A stretch of 64,000 nucleotides of DNA from an uncultured delta proteobacterium (GTDB lineage Bacteria; Myxococcota_A; Polyangia; Polyangiales; JAFGIB01): assembly GCA_963778655.1 (NCBI GenBank), contig CAVZVA010000002.1, positions 128,001 through 192,000 of the forward strand, given 5' to 3'. Below are positions 46,946 to 56,913 of this stretch, piece by piece. How positions within the stretch are numbered: the stretch's first letter is position 1; each line of letters starts with the position of its first letter. A program made the translations under genes and the position numbers. The notes below the pieces were generated by a model, which was not told where the DNA came from, made no database searches, and saw only the letters and a program-made list of their open reading frames with translations.

Positions 46946-47031
46946 CAACCGAGGGCCGCGCTGTCCAACGCCCGAACGCGAGCAAGCATTCGCACCGGAC
47001 CCGCGGCGCGTGCTAGGGTGTGCCCTGCGCG

Positions 47032-47532
47032 ATGTTCGGCAAGCGAACCTCCAACCCGCCGCGTGCCGTCGGCAGTCAGCTGGTCGATGCCCTCGTGCGC
47101 GAGCGAATGCCCGGCGCCGACGAGGACACGCTGCGTCTGGTGGTCGCGGTCACCGGGCTGCTGGCCTGTGTCGCCTACGCCGATCGCCAGTATACCGAAG
47201 CGGAGCAGGCCTACGTGCGTGAGGCGCTCGGGCGCGTGCAAGGGCTCAGCGGCGAGGCAGCCGGCGCGATCTGCGCCGCGCTGCGGGCTCACGTCGCGGA
47301 GATCGCCGCCAGCAACACCCAGGCCTACACGCGCGACCTGCGCGAGCTCGGCGATCTGGCGCTGCGGCGCGAGGTGCTCGACGTGCTGGTCGACCTGGCC
47401 GCGGCCGACGACGAGCTGGCGATGGCGGAGACCGACCTGCTGCGGCGCACCGCCAGCGCGATGGGCCTGAGCGCCGACGACTACCTGCGCGCGCAAGCGC
47501 GCTACCGCGACCGCCTCAGCCTGCTCAAGTGA
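47032..47532 (+). CDS. TerB-family protein
   Basis: VAYADRQYTEAE and LAAADDELAMAE duplicated TerB-type motifs. Confidence 0.8.
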   Translation: MFGKRTSNPPRAVGSQLVDALVRERMPGADEDTLRLVVAVTGLLACVAYADRQYTEAEQAYVREALGRVQGLSGEAAGAICAALRAHVAEIAASNTQAYTRDLRELGDLALRREVLDVLVDLAAADDELAMAETDLLRRTASAMGLSADDYLRAQARYRDRLSLLK

Positions 47533-47698
47533 GCGCGGCGCGCACGTACGGCCAACCAGCGCGCAGCACCTGGACGACCTGTGCCTACATTGGCGCCACC
47601 TCACGCGCCCGGGCTGGGCGCTGCATCGGCGCTCGGGGTGGAAGTTGCGAAAACGACTGGGGTACACTGAAGCTCTTACGCGATTAGGAGCGAGCCTC

Positions 47699-50600
47699 AT
47701 GCCATTGGACCGCGTGTCTTTCCGCGCGCCGCTCGCGGCCGCGTGGCTGTTGTCGGCGATCGCAGTGGCCGCCGCCGGCCAGGGCTGCGGCGGCGGCAGT
47801 CATGGATCCGCCGCCTCCGGGCCCGAGGCCGGAACGCACGACGACGGCGGTAAGAGCGACGCAGGTGGCGACGCAGGCAAGCCCGACGGCGGCGCCGACG
47901 CCGGCCAGAACGACGCAGGCAAGAGCGACGGCGGCAGCCCGCACGACGGCGGCGGCTCCGACTCCGGTCCGGCGGTCGACGGCGGCCACGACGGCGGCAC
48001 CAACCACGCGCCGGTCGCCGCGGACCAGCGCCTGGATACCGGCGAGGACGTCTCGGTGGACATCACGCTCGGCGCCAGCGACGAGGACGGCGACGCGCTC
48101 ACCTTCACGGTGGTGGATCAGCCGGCCCACGGCAGCTTGAGCGGGAGCGCGCCGGATCTGAGCTACACGCCGAACGCCGACTTCAACGGCGAGGACAGCT
48201 TCACTTTCAAGGCGAGCGATGGCCAGCTCGACTCGGCGCCCGCGACCGTGACCATCAGCATCGCCGCCGTCAACGACGCGCCCAACGCCCAGGACGACGC
48301 GCTCACGGTGGCCGAAGGCGGCAGCGCGACCGTGCTGGATGGCGGGGAAACCAGCCTGCTCGCCAACGACAGCGATGTCGAGGGCGACTCGCTGACGCTC
48401 TCGACCACGCCGGTGGCGGCGCCCAGCCACGGCACGCTCACGCTCAACGCCGACGGCACCTTCAGCTATACCCACGACGGCAGCGAGGGCGGCAGCGACA
48501 GCTTCAGCTACTCGGTGTGCGACGACGGCAGCCCATCGCAGTGCGCCACGGCCACGGTCGCGATTACGGTCACGCCGGTCAACGACGCGCCCATGGCGGT
48601 CGCCGACAGCGCCGTGGTCGAGGTCGGCGCGACCGTGACCACGCTCGAGGGCGGCGCGACCAGCGTGCTCGCCAACGACTCCGACCCGGAGCAAGGCACG
48701 CTGACGGCGACCACCACGCCGGTCACCGCGCCCAGCCATGGCACACTCATGCTCAACGCCGACGGCAGCTTCAGCTACACCCACGACGGCGGAAGCGACA
48801 CCGAAGACAGCTTCGTCTATCAGGTGTGCGACGACGACGCGTCGCCGCTGTGCGCGATGGCCACGGTCAGCCTCAGCATCGTGCCGGTCAACGCAGCTCC
48901 GGTCTTGGGCGACGACAACCTCAGCGTGACGCAAGGCGGCACCGCCACCTTGCTGGCCGGCGGGGTCGCCAGCCTGCTCGCCAACGACTCGCCGGGCGAC
49001 AGCGGCCAGAGCTTGCAGGTCAGCACCACGCCGGCCGGCGCGCCGGCTCACGGCACGCTCACGCTCAACGCCGACGGCACCTTCAGCTACACCCACGACG
49101 GCAGCAGCGGCGGCAGCGACAGCTTCATGTACGAAGCCTGCGACGATGGGATCCCGGCCAAGTGCGCGACGGCGACGGTTGCGGTCGCCGTCGCCGCGAG
49201 CAATCACGCGCCCACGCCGATGGCGGACAGCTTGACCGTGCTCGAGGGCGGCACCGCCACCATGCTCGACGGCGGCGCAACCAGCCTGCTCGCCAACGAC
49301 ACCGACCCCGACGGCAACAATCTCTCGGCCGCGCTGGGTCCGCTGGTCGCGCCCAGCCACGGCACGCTGGCGATCCTGTCCGACGGCAGCTTCAGTTACA
49401 TCCACGACGGCAGCGAGACCACCTCCGACAGCTTCAGCTACGTGGTGTGCGACGACGGCACCCCCTCGCTGTGCGCGAGCGCAAGCGTGACCATCGCCGT
49501 GACGCCCGTCAACGATCCGCCCAGCGCCGGAACCGACAGCTTCAGCACGGTCGGCAACACCCTGCTGGTAGCTCCGAACACCGCTCCGAGCATCCTCGCC
49601 AACGACAGCGACGTCGAAGGCAACGGCTTCGCCATCACCAGCTATGACGCGACCAGCGCCGAGGGCGGTAGCGTGGTGCTGGATATGGCGGACGGCAGCT
49701 TCAACTACCTGCCTCCGGCCGGCTTCAAGGGCACCGATAGCTTCACCTACACCGTGACCGACGACGGATCTCCGGCCGCCAGCGGCGTCGGCACGGTGCA
49801 GATCGAGGTGGTCGACATGGTGTGGTACGTGGACAACACCGGCTCCGGCGGCAGCGGCCGTTCCACCGAGCCGTTCGCCGACCTGGCCTCGGCGCAGGCG
49901 GCCTCGAGCGCCGGCGACGTGATCTTCGTGCACACCGGCTCCGGCCCCTACGCGGGCGGCATCGCCCTCAAAGACGGCCAGCAGCTGCTGGGCGAGGGCG
50001 CCGGCCTGGCGGTGATGCCCAACGCGATGATCGCGGCGGGCAGCGCGCCCGAGATCACCAACGCCGGGGGCGACGCAGTCACGCTGGCCGCGGGCAATCT
50101 GATCCGCGGCCTGAGCGTGAACGGCCCGAGCGGCGCGGCCTTCGCGGGCAGCGGCATCGGCGGCGCGACGGTGATCTCCGACGTCGCCATCGGCGCCGCC
50201 GGCGGCGCGGCCGTCGCCATCACCGGCACCGGCTCGCTCGAGCTCGCCAACGCGGGCGCGATCTCCGCCCAGAGCGGCCTCCTACTCGACGGGCTGAACG
50301 CGGTCACGGTCGCCGACAGCGGGATCTCGATCAGCGCCAGCGGCGGCCCTGCGTTGGAGATCAGCTCGGTCGGCAGCCTAGAGCTGACCTTCGACGCGCT
50401 CGACTCCAGCAACAGCGCGCGCTCCGGCGTCAAGCTGGACGGCGTGGGCGGCTCGCTGGTGGTCAAGAACGGGACCACCGTCTCGAGCCCACAGGCCGAC
50501 GGCATCGCGGTGCACGGCGCCACCGGCTCCGCCAGCTTCGACTTCGGCTCCTGCCACGTACAGGACGCAGGCAAGAACGCCGGCGACGGCTACGCCTTCG

Positions 50601-52327
50601 ACAGCAACCCCAGCGCGGCGATCTCGCTGGGAATCGCGGTGGATCCCAGCACGGCGCACGGCCGCGGCCTGTTCGCCTCCAACAGCGGCACACTCACCAT
50701 CACCAGCGTGCCGAGCTCGATCAGCGCCGTGGGCGGCGCGGCGATCGACCTGCGGGACACTGCCGGCAAGTTCAACGCCAGCTCGAAGTGGCATTTCGTC
50801 GGGCTGCTCTCCACCGGCAGCAGCGGATCGGGCGTGAACCTGGAGAACCTCCCCGACCCGGTGGAGATCGTCGGCACCACGGGCGTGATCAACGCCGCCG
50901 CCGAGGCAATTCGCATCCAGGGCGTCAGCGGAGACCTGTTCTTGGGCAACACCCAGATCGACAGCCGGCAGCAGGGCGGCGTCGCGATCGACGGCGTCAC
51001 CAGCAGCAGCGTGATCTTCGCCACGGTGTCGATCGACAACATCAACGGCGCGACCGAGAACGCGTTCGAAGTAGGCAACTCGTCGGCCGCGGTTCGGGTC
51101 GCCGCGCTGAACGTGCAAGACGCCGTCACCGCGCTCTCGCTGCACGACAACACCGGCAGCTTCACCCTTCACAGCCAGGGCGGAGCTCCGGGCAACGGCG
51201 GCACGATCAGCGGAAGCGGAGGCGACGCGGTCGTGCTCGCGAACGTGCAGAACGTGACGTTCGACGATCTGATCGTCACCGACAGCGCCGGCCACGGGAT
51301 CCAGGCCAGCGCGGCCGACGGGTTGGTGTTCCGCAACGGCGAGATCGACAAGGCAGGCGATGCGGCCGGCGAGAACGCGCTCAATCTCGCCGATGTGAGC
51401 GGCAGCGTGCTGATCAAGGACAGCGTGCTCAGCGAGATGTCCGGCACCGGCATCGATCTGGTCAACACCGCCAGCAGCGCCACGCTCGAGCTCGACAACG
51501 TCGAGCTCTCGAACAACGACGCGGGCACCTCCTGCGCGGGCGGACCCTGCGGCGGCTCCGGCCTGCGCGTGCGCAGCGCCGGCTCGCTCGGCGTCACCGT
51601 GCACAATGGCTGCCTGTTCGATCATCTGGACGCGGACGGCATCGACTTCGCCACCACCGCCCAGGACGCGGACATGCAGGTCACGGTGAAGGACAGCAGC
51701 TTCACCCACGGCTCGCTCGGGCAGAGCGCGATCTACAGCGATCCGCAAGGCGGAACCCTGGTCTACCTGATCGACGGCAATACCATGAGCGATTGGGGCG
51801 GCGACGTGATCTCGAGCGCGATCGCGGCCGACGGGTTGAGCGTGACCGGCACCATTTCGAACAACAGCATCAGCGCCAACAACGGCGGCGGCGCACAGGG
51901 CATCCGCATCTTCGGCAACGCCAATCCCGCGACCAACACCTACAGCGGAATCGTGTTGGTCGACGCCAACGTGATCGGGCAGACCAACGGCCAGGGCATC
52001 TGGGTCGAAAACGGCAACGCGAGCAGCACCGACGGCCGGCTCGACGTCACCGTGACCGGCAACCAGATCGACACCACCGGCTCGAACGCGCTCCTGTTGC
52101 ACTCGCGCGATGGCACGCTGCTGTGCGCGCACGTGCAGGACAACGTCGCCAGCAACACCGCGGCGGACCCCTACGCGCTGACGCAGTCCGACAGCTCGAG
52201 CTTCGAACTCGAGGGCACGCAGGCGACCGCGCAAGCCGAGATCGAGATGACGAACACCGGCACGCCGGTGACGGTCACCCGCATGCCGGCCATCGTCACC
52301 CCGGGCACCTGCCTCTTGCCGCCTTGA
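47699..52327 (+). CDS. Large surface lipoprotein with tandem cadherin/Big_9-like Ig repeats and a beta-helix-like C-terminus
   Basis: AGGAG RBS; lipobox AGQGC; DAG linker; about 6 repeats of NDAP...LLANDSD...HGTLTLNADGTFSYTHDG; VWYVDN followed by Gly/Asn/Ser-rich solenoid-like sequence. Confidence 0.85.
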   Translation: MPLDRVSFRAPLAAAWLLSAIAVAAAGQGCGGGSHGSAASGPEAGTHDDGGKSDAGGDAGKPDGGADAGQNDAGKSDGGSPHDGGGSDSGPAVDGGHDGGTNHAPVAADQRLDTGEDVSVDITLGASDEDGDALTFTVVDQPAHGSLSGSAPDLSYTPNADFNGEDSFTFKASDGQLDSAPATVTISIAAVNDAPNAQDDALTVAEGGSATVLDGGETSLLANDSDVEGDSLTLSTTPVAAPSHGTLTLNADGTFSYTHDGSEGGSDSFSYSVCDDGSPSQCATATVAITVTPVNDAPMAVADSAVVEVGATVTTLEGGATSVLANDSDPEQGTLTATTTPVTAPSHGTLMLNADGSFSYTHDGGSDTEDSFVYQVCDDDASPLCAMATVSLSIVPVNAAPVLGDDNLSVTQGGTATLLAGGVASLLANDSPGDSGQSLQVSTTPAGAPAHGTLTLNADGTFSYTHDGSSGGSDSFMYEACDDGIPAKCATATVAVAVAASNHAPTPMADSLTVLEGGTATMLDGGATSLLANDTDPDGNNLSAALGPLVAPSHGTLAILSDGSFSYIHDGSETTSDSFSYVVCDDGTPSLCASASVTIAVTPVNDPPSAGTDSFSTVGNTLLVAPNTAPSILANDSDVEGNGFAITSYDATSAEGGSVVLDMADGSFNYLPPAGFKGTDSFTYTVTDDGSPAASGVGTVQIEVVDMVWYVDNTGSGGSGRSTEPFADLASAQAASSAGDVIFVHTGSGPYAGGIALKDGQQLLGEGAGLAVMPNAMIAAGSAPEITNAGGDAVTLAAGNLIRGLSVNGPSGAAFAGSGIGGATVISDVAIGAAGGAAVAITGTGSLELANAGAISAQSGLLLDGLNAVTVADSGISISASGGPALEISSVGSLELTFDALDSSNSARSGVKLDGVGGSLVVKNGTTVSSPQADGIAVHGATGSASFDFGSCHVQDAGKNAGDGYAFDSNPSAAISLGIAVDPSTAHGRGLFASNSGTLTITSVPSSISAVGGAAIDLRDTAGKFNASSKWHFVGLLSTGSSGSGVNLENLPDPVEIVGTTGVINAAAEAIRIQGVSGDLFLGNTQIDSRQQGGVAIDGVTSSSVIFATVSIDNINGATENAFEVGNSSAAVRVAALNVQDAVTALSLHDNTGSFTLHSQGGAPGNGGTISGSGGDAVVLANVQNVTFDDLIVTDSAGHGIQASAADGLVFRNGEIDKAGDAAGENALNLADVSGSVLIKDSVLSEMSGTGIDLVNTASSATLELDNVELSNNDAGTSCAGGPCGGSGLRVRSAGSLGVTVHNGCLFDHLDADGIDFATTAQDADMQVTVKDSSFTHGSLGQSAIYSDPQGGTLVYLIDGNTMSDWGGDVISSAIAADGLSVTGTISNNSISANNGGGAQGIRIFGNANPATNTYSGIVLVDANVIGQTNGQGIWVENGNASSTDGRLDVTVTGNQIDTTGSNALLLHSRDGTLLCAHVQDNVASNTAADPYALTQSDSSSFELEGTQATAQAEIEMTNTGTPVTVTRMPAIVTPGTCLLPP

Positions 52328-52348
52328 GGCGGTCGCGGCCCGGGTTGC

Positions 52349-53350
52349 TCAGCCCGCGCCCTTGAGCGCGGCGTCGATCTGCTTGGATAGCGCGTCGAAG
52401 TTGGTGGGGTCGGCGACACGCTTGCCGTTCAGGAACATGGTCGGGGTGCCGTCCACCGCGACCTCCTCGCCGAGCTTCTGGTCAGCAGCGACCTCGGAGG
52501 CGTAGGTATTGGCATCCAGCGCCTTCTTGAACGCGTTCACGTCCAGCCCCACCTCCTTGGCGGTCTGCTCCAGCCCCGGACGCTCCAGCTTGGTCTGGTC
52601 GGCGAACAGCTTGTCGTGGAACTCCCAGAACTTGCCCTGGGCATGGGCCGCGAGCGCCGCCTCGGCCGCCAGGTGCGCCTGGCGGTGGAAGCTGAGCGGG
52701 AACTGGCGGAACACGAAGTGGATCTGGGTGCCGTACTTCTGCTTGACCTGCTCGACCACCTTGGCCGCGCGCGAGCAGAACGGGCACTGGAAGTCGGAGA
52801 ACTCGACGATCGTGACCTTGGAGTTGTCCGGCCCAAATGTTGGGGCGCCCGGCTTGGTGATATCCGCCATCTTCTCCGGGGTGAGGGGCTTGTTGCGCTC
52901 CTCGCGCCGCTTCAGGTCCGCGACCACCTCCTTGTAATGCTGCATCATCATGCTGCAGCGCTCGGGGGGGAAGGTCTTGGTCTGGGTCTTGACCATTTCG
53001 CAGGTGTCGGTCTTCGGGCCGATCTCCGCGCAAAGCTTGGTCGACAGCTCGTCGCAGGTCTTGCGCGCCTCGCCGAGCTTCTGCTTGGTGACGGCGAAGT
53101 CGGCCGAGGCGGCGGCGCACGCGGCCGGGGGCATCAGCTTGGTGGCCTCGGTCATCGTGGTGCACGTGCCCGACTTCTCCCCGGCCTCGCCGCACACCTT
53201 TTTGGCGTAGTCGGCGCACGCGGTGGGGCTGGCGGGCGGCTGCTTCTTGCCCCCGAGGTTGTTGCAAGCGGCGACACACAGCAGCGCCGGCAGCAGCCAG
53301 CGGCGAGCGCGCGAGACGGTGAGCAGCGTTACGCTTTGCCTGAGTTGCAC
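52349..53350 (-). CDS. DsbA-family thioredoxin-fold lipoprotein with Cys-rich N-terminal domain
   Basis: VEFSDFQCPFC, FRQFPL, VDGTPTMFLNG; lipobox VAAC. Confidence 0.88.
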   Translation of the reverse strand: MQLRQSVTLLTVSRARRWLLPALLCVAACNNLGGKKQPPASPTACADYAKKVCGEAGEKSGTCTTMTEATKLMPPAACAAASADFAVTKQKLGEARKTCDELSTKLCAEIGPKTDTCEMVKTQTKTFPPERCSMMMQHYKEVVADLKRREERNKPLTPEKMADITKPGAPTFGPDNSKVTIVEFSDFQCPFCSRAAKVVEQVKQKYGTQIHFVFRQFPLSFHRQAHLAAEAALAAHAQGKFWEFHDKLFADQTKLERPGLEQTAKEVGLDVNAFKKALDANTYASEVAADQKLGEEVAVDGTPTMFLNGKRVADPTNFDALSKQIDAALKGAG

Positions 53351-53738
53351 GGTTCGTTCCCTTTCGATGCCGGTGGCCCGAGGCTTCCGGCTGCGCCTTC
53401 ATAGCAGGGAGCAGGGCCCCTGGAAAGACGGCCGGCCGGAGTCGCCGGTGACGCCCAACCGCAGCCCGAACATCCCGGAATTTCAACTCTAACGAGCAGC
53501 CGCGCGAGCGGTGGCGCCGAACCCTCGAGCCCGCCCGGCAAGCGCGCGCAGCCCTGCGCCGGCTGAAAGTTAACTCCCACGACACGGCTCGGAAATGTGC
53601 GCCGATTAGCCCTGTTCCAGCTTGCGACGCGACCGGCTGCGCCCGGCCGCAACGCCGCGGATGGACGACGGCCTGGCCCCTCAACCAGGCCAAAGTCGGC
53701 GCTTGAACTGGATCGAGACCTCGAGAGATTGGAGCAAG

Positions 53739-55121
53739 ATGATGCGCACGCACATAGCCACGACGTTGAGTCTCATGCTGGGGCTTCTGGCCGGGTGTCA
53801 GAAACCAGCCGAGCAGGCGCCGGCGGAGCAGCCCAAGGCGGAAGCGCCGGCGGCCGCACCTGCCGCCGCGGGCCCCAAGGCCGACGACACCGGACCGGTC
53901 AAGATCGGCATCCTCCACTCGCTGTCGGGCACGATGGCGATCAGCGAGACCTCGCTCAAGGACGTCGCCCTGATGACGATCGAGGAGATCAACGCGCAGG
54001 GCGGGCTGCTCGGCAGGAAGCTGCAGCCGGTGGTGGTCGACCCGGCGTCCAACTGGCCGCTGTTTGCAGAAAAGGCGCGCGAGCTGATCGAGAAAGAAAA
54101 GGTCGCGGTAACTTTCGGCTGCTGGACCTCGGTCTCGCGCAAGTCGGTGCTGCCCGTGTTCGAGGAGCTCAACGGCCTGTTGTTCTACCCGGTGCAGTAC
54201 GAGGGTGAAGAGTCCTCCTACAACGTCTTTTACACCGGCGCCGCGCCCAACCAGCAGGCGATCCCCGCGGTCGAGTACCTGATGAGCGAGGCCGGCGGCG
54301 GCGCCAAGCGCTTCGTGCTGCTCGGCACCGACTACGTCTACCCGCGCACGACCAACAAGATCCTGCGCTACTTCCTCCACAGCAAGGGCGTCAAGGACGA
54401 CGACATCATGGAGGAGTACACCCCGTTCGGCCACACCGACTACCAGACCATCATCGCCAAGATCAAGAAGTTCGCCGAGGGCAAGCGCACCGCGGTGGTC
54501 TCGACCATCAACGGCGACTCCAACGTGCCCTTCTACAAGGAGCTCGGAAACCAGGGCCTGAAGGCCGAGAACATCCCGGTGGTCGCGTTCTCCGTGGGTG
54601 AGGAAGAGCTGCGCGGCATCGACACCAAGCCGCTGGTCGGACACCTGGCGGCCTGGAACTACTTCATGTCGATCGACAACCCGCTCAACAAGAACTTCAT
54701 CGAGAAGTGGAAGGCGTACGTCAAGAAAGACAACCTGCCGGACGGCGACAAGCGCGTGACCAACGATCCGATGGAAGCGACCTACATCGGGATTCACATG
54801 TGGGCGCAGGCGGTGCTGCAGGCTGGCACCTTCAACGTCGACGCGGTGCGCCAGGCCGTCGCCGGTCAGCTGTTCAAGGCACCCTCCGGCTTCGAGATCA
54901 AGATGGACGAGCGCAACCACCACCTGCACAAGCCGGTGTTCATCGGCGAGATCCAGCCCGACGGGCAGTTCAAGGTGGTATGGAAGACCGACGGACCGAT
55001 CCGCGCCATGCCCTGGAGCCCGTACGTCCCGGACAGCGCGAAGAAGGTCGCCGACTGGACCTACCCGTGGGTCTGCGGCAACTGCACCGAAGCGAAGTAC
55101 GGTGCGATGGCGATGAAGTGA
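53739..55121 (+). CDS. urtA: Urea ABC transporter substrate-binding lipoprotein
   Basis: VKIGILHSLSGTMAISE, FGCWTSVSRKSVLPV, YPVQYEG, GTDYVYPRTTN. Confidence 0.95.
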   Translation: MMRTHIATTLSLMLGLLAGCQKPAEQAPAEQPKAEAPAAAPAAAGPKADDTGPVKIGILHSLSGTMAISETSLKDVALMTIEEINAQGGLLGRKLQPVVVDPASNWPLFAEKARELIEKEKVAVTFGCWTSVSRKSVLPVFEELNGLLFYPVQYEGEESSYNVFYTGAAPNQQAIPAVEYLMSEAGGGAKRFVLLGTDYVYPRTTNKILRYFLHSKGVKDDDIMEEYTPFGHTDYQTIIAKIKKFAEGKRTAVVSTINGDSNVPFYKELGNQGLKAENIPVVAFSVGEEELRGIDTKPLVGHLAAWNYFMSIDNPLNKNFIEKWKAYVKKDNLPDGDKRVTNDPMEATYIGIHMWAQAVLQAGTFNVDAVRQAVAGQLFKAPSGFEIKMDERNHHLHKPVFIGEIQPDGQFKVVWKTDGPIRAMPWSPYVPDSAKKVADWTYPWVCGNCTEAKYGAMAMK

Positions 55122-55271
55122 GCAGTCGATCGTAGTCTCGGTACACGCTACATGAACGCGCGGCCGGCACTCGCAGGCGATGCCGGCCGCGCGACCACCA
55201 ACCCACCGCCAAGCGCTCCCCCGGTCTCACCGCGTGGAGCGGGCGCAAACCCTGAGGTGAGGAGACAGGCC

Positions 55272-56912
55272 ATGCGGGTTGCAACGGGCACGGCGCGTCA
55301 CTGGCTGGTAGCATTCGTGCTCGGGGGGTTATTGGCGATCGCGGCCGCGAGCCGCGTGCGGGCGCAGAGCCTGCCGGCGCTGGCGGTACAGCTCGGCTCC
55401 GACGATCGCAAGGCGGTGCAGGCCGCGATCGTGGCGATCGGCGCGAGCGAGGAGCCCGCCGCGCTGAAGCTGCTGCAGGCGCTCGACCAGGAGAAGTTGC
55501 GCATCTCCGCCAGCGGGCAGGCGTTGATCCTGGACAAGAAGTCCCACAGCCTGACCGATCCCTTCAGCGGGCAAACCGTGGCGGCCGGCCAGGGGCTCAA
55601 GGAGCCCCTGGTCACCAACACCGTGCGGCGCGCGCTCAGCACCGCCATCGCGGGCCTACAGCTGCGCTCCAAGGACGCGGACGTGCGCGAGCAGGCCGCG
55701 GAGGTGCTGGCCGACGATCCGGCGCCCGAGCTGACCGAGACGATGCGGCGGGTGCTGAAAGCGGAGCACGACTCCGCGGTGCGCAAGCACCTTTCGCTGG
55801 CGCTGGCTCGCATCGACCTCGGCAGCGCCAACCCGGCTGCACGGCTGGCCGCGGTGCGGACCATCGGCGAGATGGCTGACCCCACGCTCAAGCCCGAGCT
55901 AAAGCGCATCCTCGAGCGCAAGAGCGACGGCAGCTTCCGCGAGCCGGACGCCGAGCTCCGGCGCGAGGCGAAGATCGCGCTCAGCGCGGTCGAGCGCAAG
56001 GAGCTGATGGTCCGGATCGCCCGCGACCTGTTCTACGGCTTGAGCCTGGGCAGCGTGCTGTTGCTGGCAGCGCTCGGGCTCGCGATCACCTTCGGCCTGA
56101 TGGGGGTGATCAACATGGCGCACGGCGAGATGCTGATGCTGGGCGCGTACAGCACGTACACCGTGCAGCGCGTGTTCGAAGAGCACATGCCGGGCTCGCT
56201 CGACTATTACCTTGTCGCTGCGGTGCCGGTGGCCTTCCTGGTCTGCCTGCTGGTGGGAATGCTGCTCGAGCGCACGGTCATCCGCTTCCTGTACGGCCGG
56301 CCGCTGGAGACGCTGCTGGCGACCTGGGGCATCAGCCTGACCCTGATCCAGACGGTGCGCGTGGTCTTCGGCGCCGCGAACGTCACGGTGGCCAATCCCT
56401 CGTGGCTTTCCGGGGGCCTCGAGCTGATGCCCGACGTGGTGCTGCCCTACACGCGGCTGGCCACCATCGTGTTCGTCGCGGTGGTGGTCGCGTTCGTGTG
56501 GTACCTGCTCAACCGCACCACGCTCGGCCTGCAGGTCCGCGCGATCACCCAGAACCGGCGCATGGCGCGCTGCGTGGGCATCCGCACCGCGCGCGTCGAC
56601 ATGCTCACCTTCGGCCTGGGCTCGGCCGTCGCCGGGCTGGGCGGCGTCGCGCTCTCGCAGATCGGCAACGTGGGCCCCGAGCTCGGCCAGAGCTACATCG
56701 TGGACAGCTTCATGGTGGTGGTGGTCGGCGGCGTCGGCAGCCTGTTCGGCACGCTGTTCGCCGCGCTCGGGCTGGGCGCGGTCAACAAGCTGCTCGAGCC
56801 CGTCACCGGCGCGGTGCTGGGCAAGATCCTGGTGCTGGGCTTCATCATCCTGTTCATCCAACGGCGACCGCAGGGCCTGTTCGCGCTCAAGGGTCGCGCC
56901 GCGGAGAGTTGA
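55272..56912 (+). CDS. urtB: Urea ABC transporter permease with N-terminal helical domain
   Basis: GLAITFGLMGVINMAHGE, RPLETLLATWG, QRRPQGLF. Confidence 0.92.
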   Translation: MRVATGTARHWLVAFVLGGLLAIAAASRVRAQSLPALAVQLGSDDRKAVQAAIVAIGASEEPAALKLLQALDQEKLRISASGQALILDKKSHSLTDPFSGQTVAAGQGLKEPLVTNTVRRALSTAIAGLQLRSKDADVREQAAEVLADDPAPELTETMRRVLKAEHDSAVRKHLSLALARIDLGSANPAARLAAVRTIGEMADPTLKPELKRILERKSDGSFREPDAELRREAKIALSAVERKELMVRIARDLFYGLSLGSVLLLAALGLAITFGLMGVINMAHGEMLMLGAYSTYTVQRVFEEHMPGSLDYYLVAAVPVAFLVCLLVGMLLERTVIRFLYGRPLETLLATWGISLTLIQTVRVVFGAANVTVANPSWLSGGLELMPDVVLPYTRLATIVFVAVVVAFVWYLLNRTTLGLQVRAITQNRRMARCVGIRTARVDMLTFGLGSAVAGLGGVALSQIGNVGPELGQSYIVDSFMVVVVGGVGSLFGTLFAALGLGAVNKLLEPVTGAVLGKILVLGFIILFIQRRPQGLFALKGRAAES

Positions 56913-56913
56913 C

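Noticed and set aside
53351..53738. Search for a sigma54 promoter or NtrC site upstream of urtA
   Set aside because: I found no convincing TGGC-N7-TTGC or NtrC palindrome by eye.
47684..54929. ORFs 47684-49933 (-), 49822-52365 (+), 50378-52234 (-) and 52482-54929 (-)
   Set aside because: Shadow frames of the Ig-repeat lipoprotein, the DsbA-like gene and urtA.
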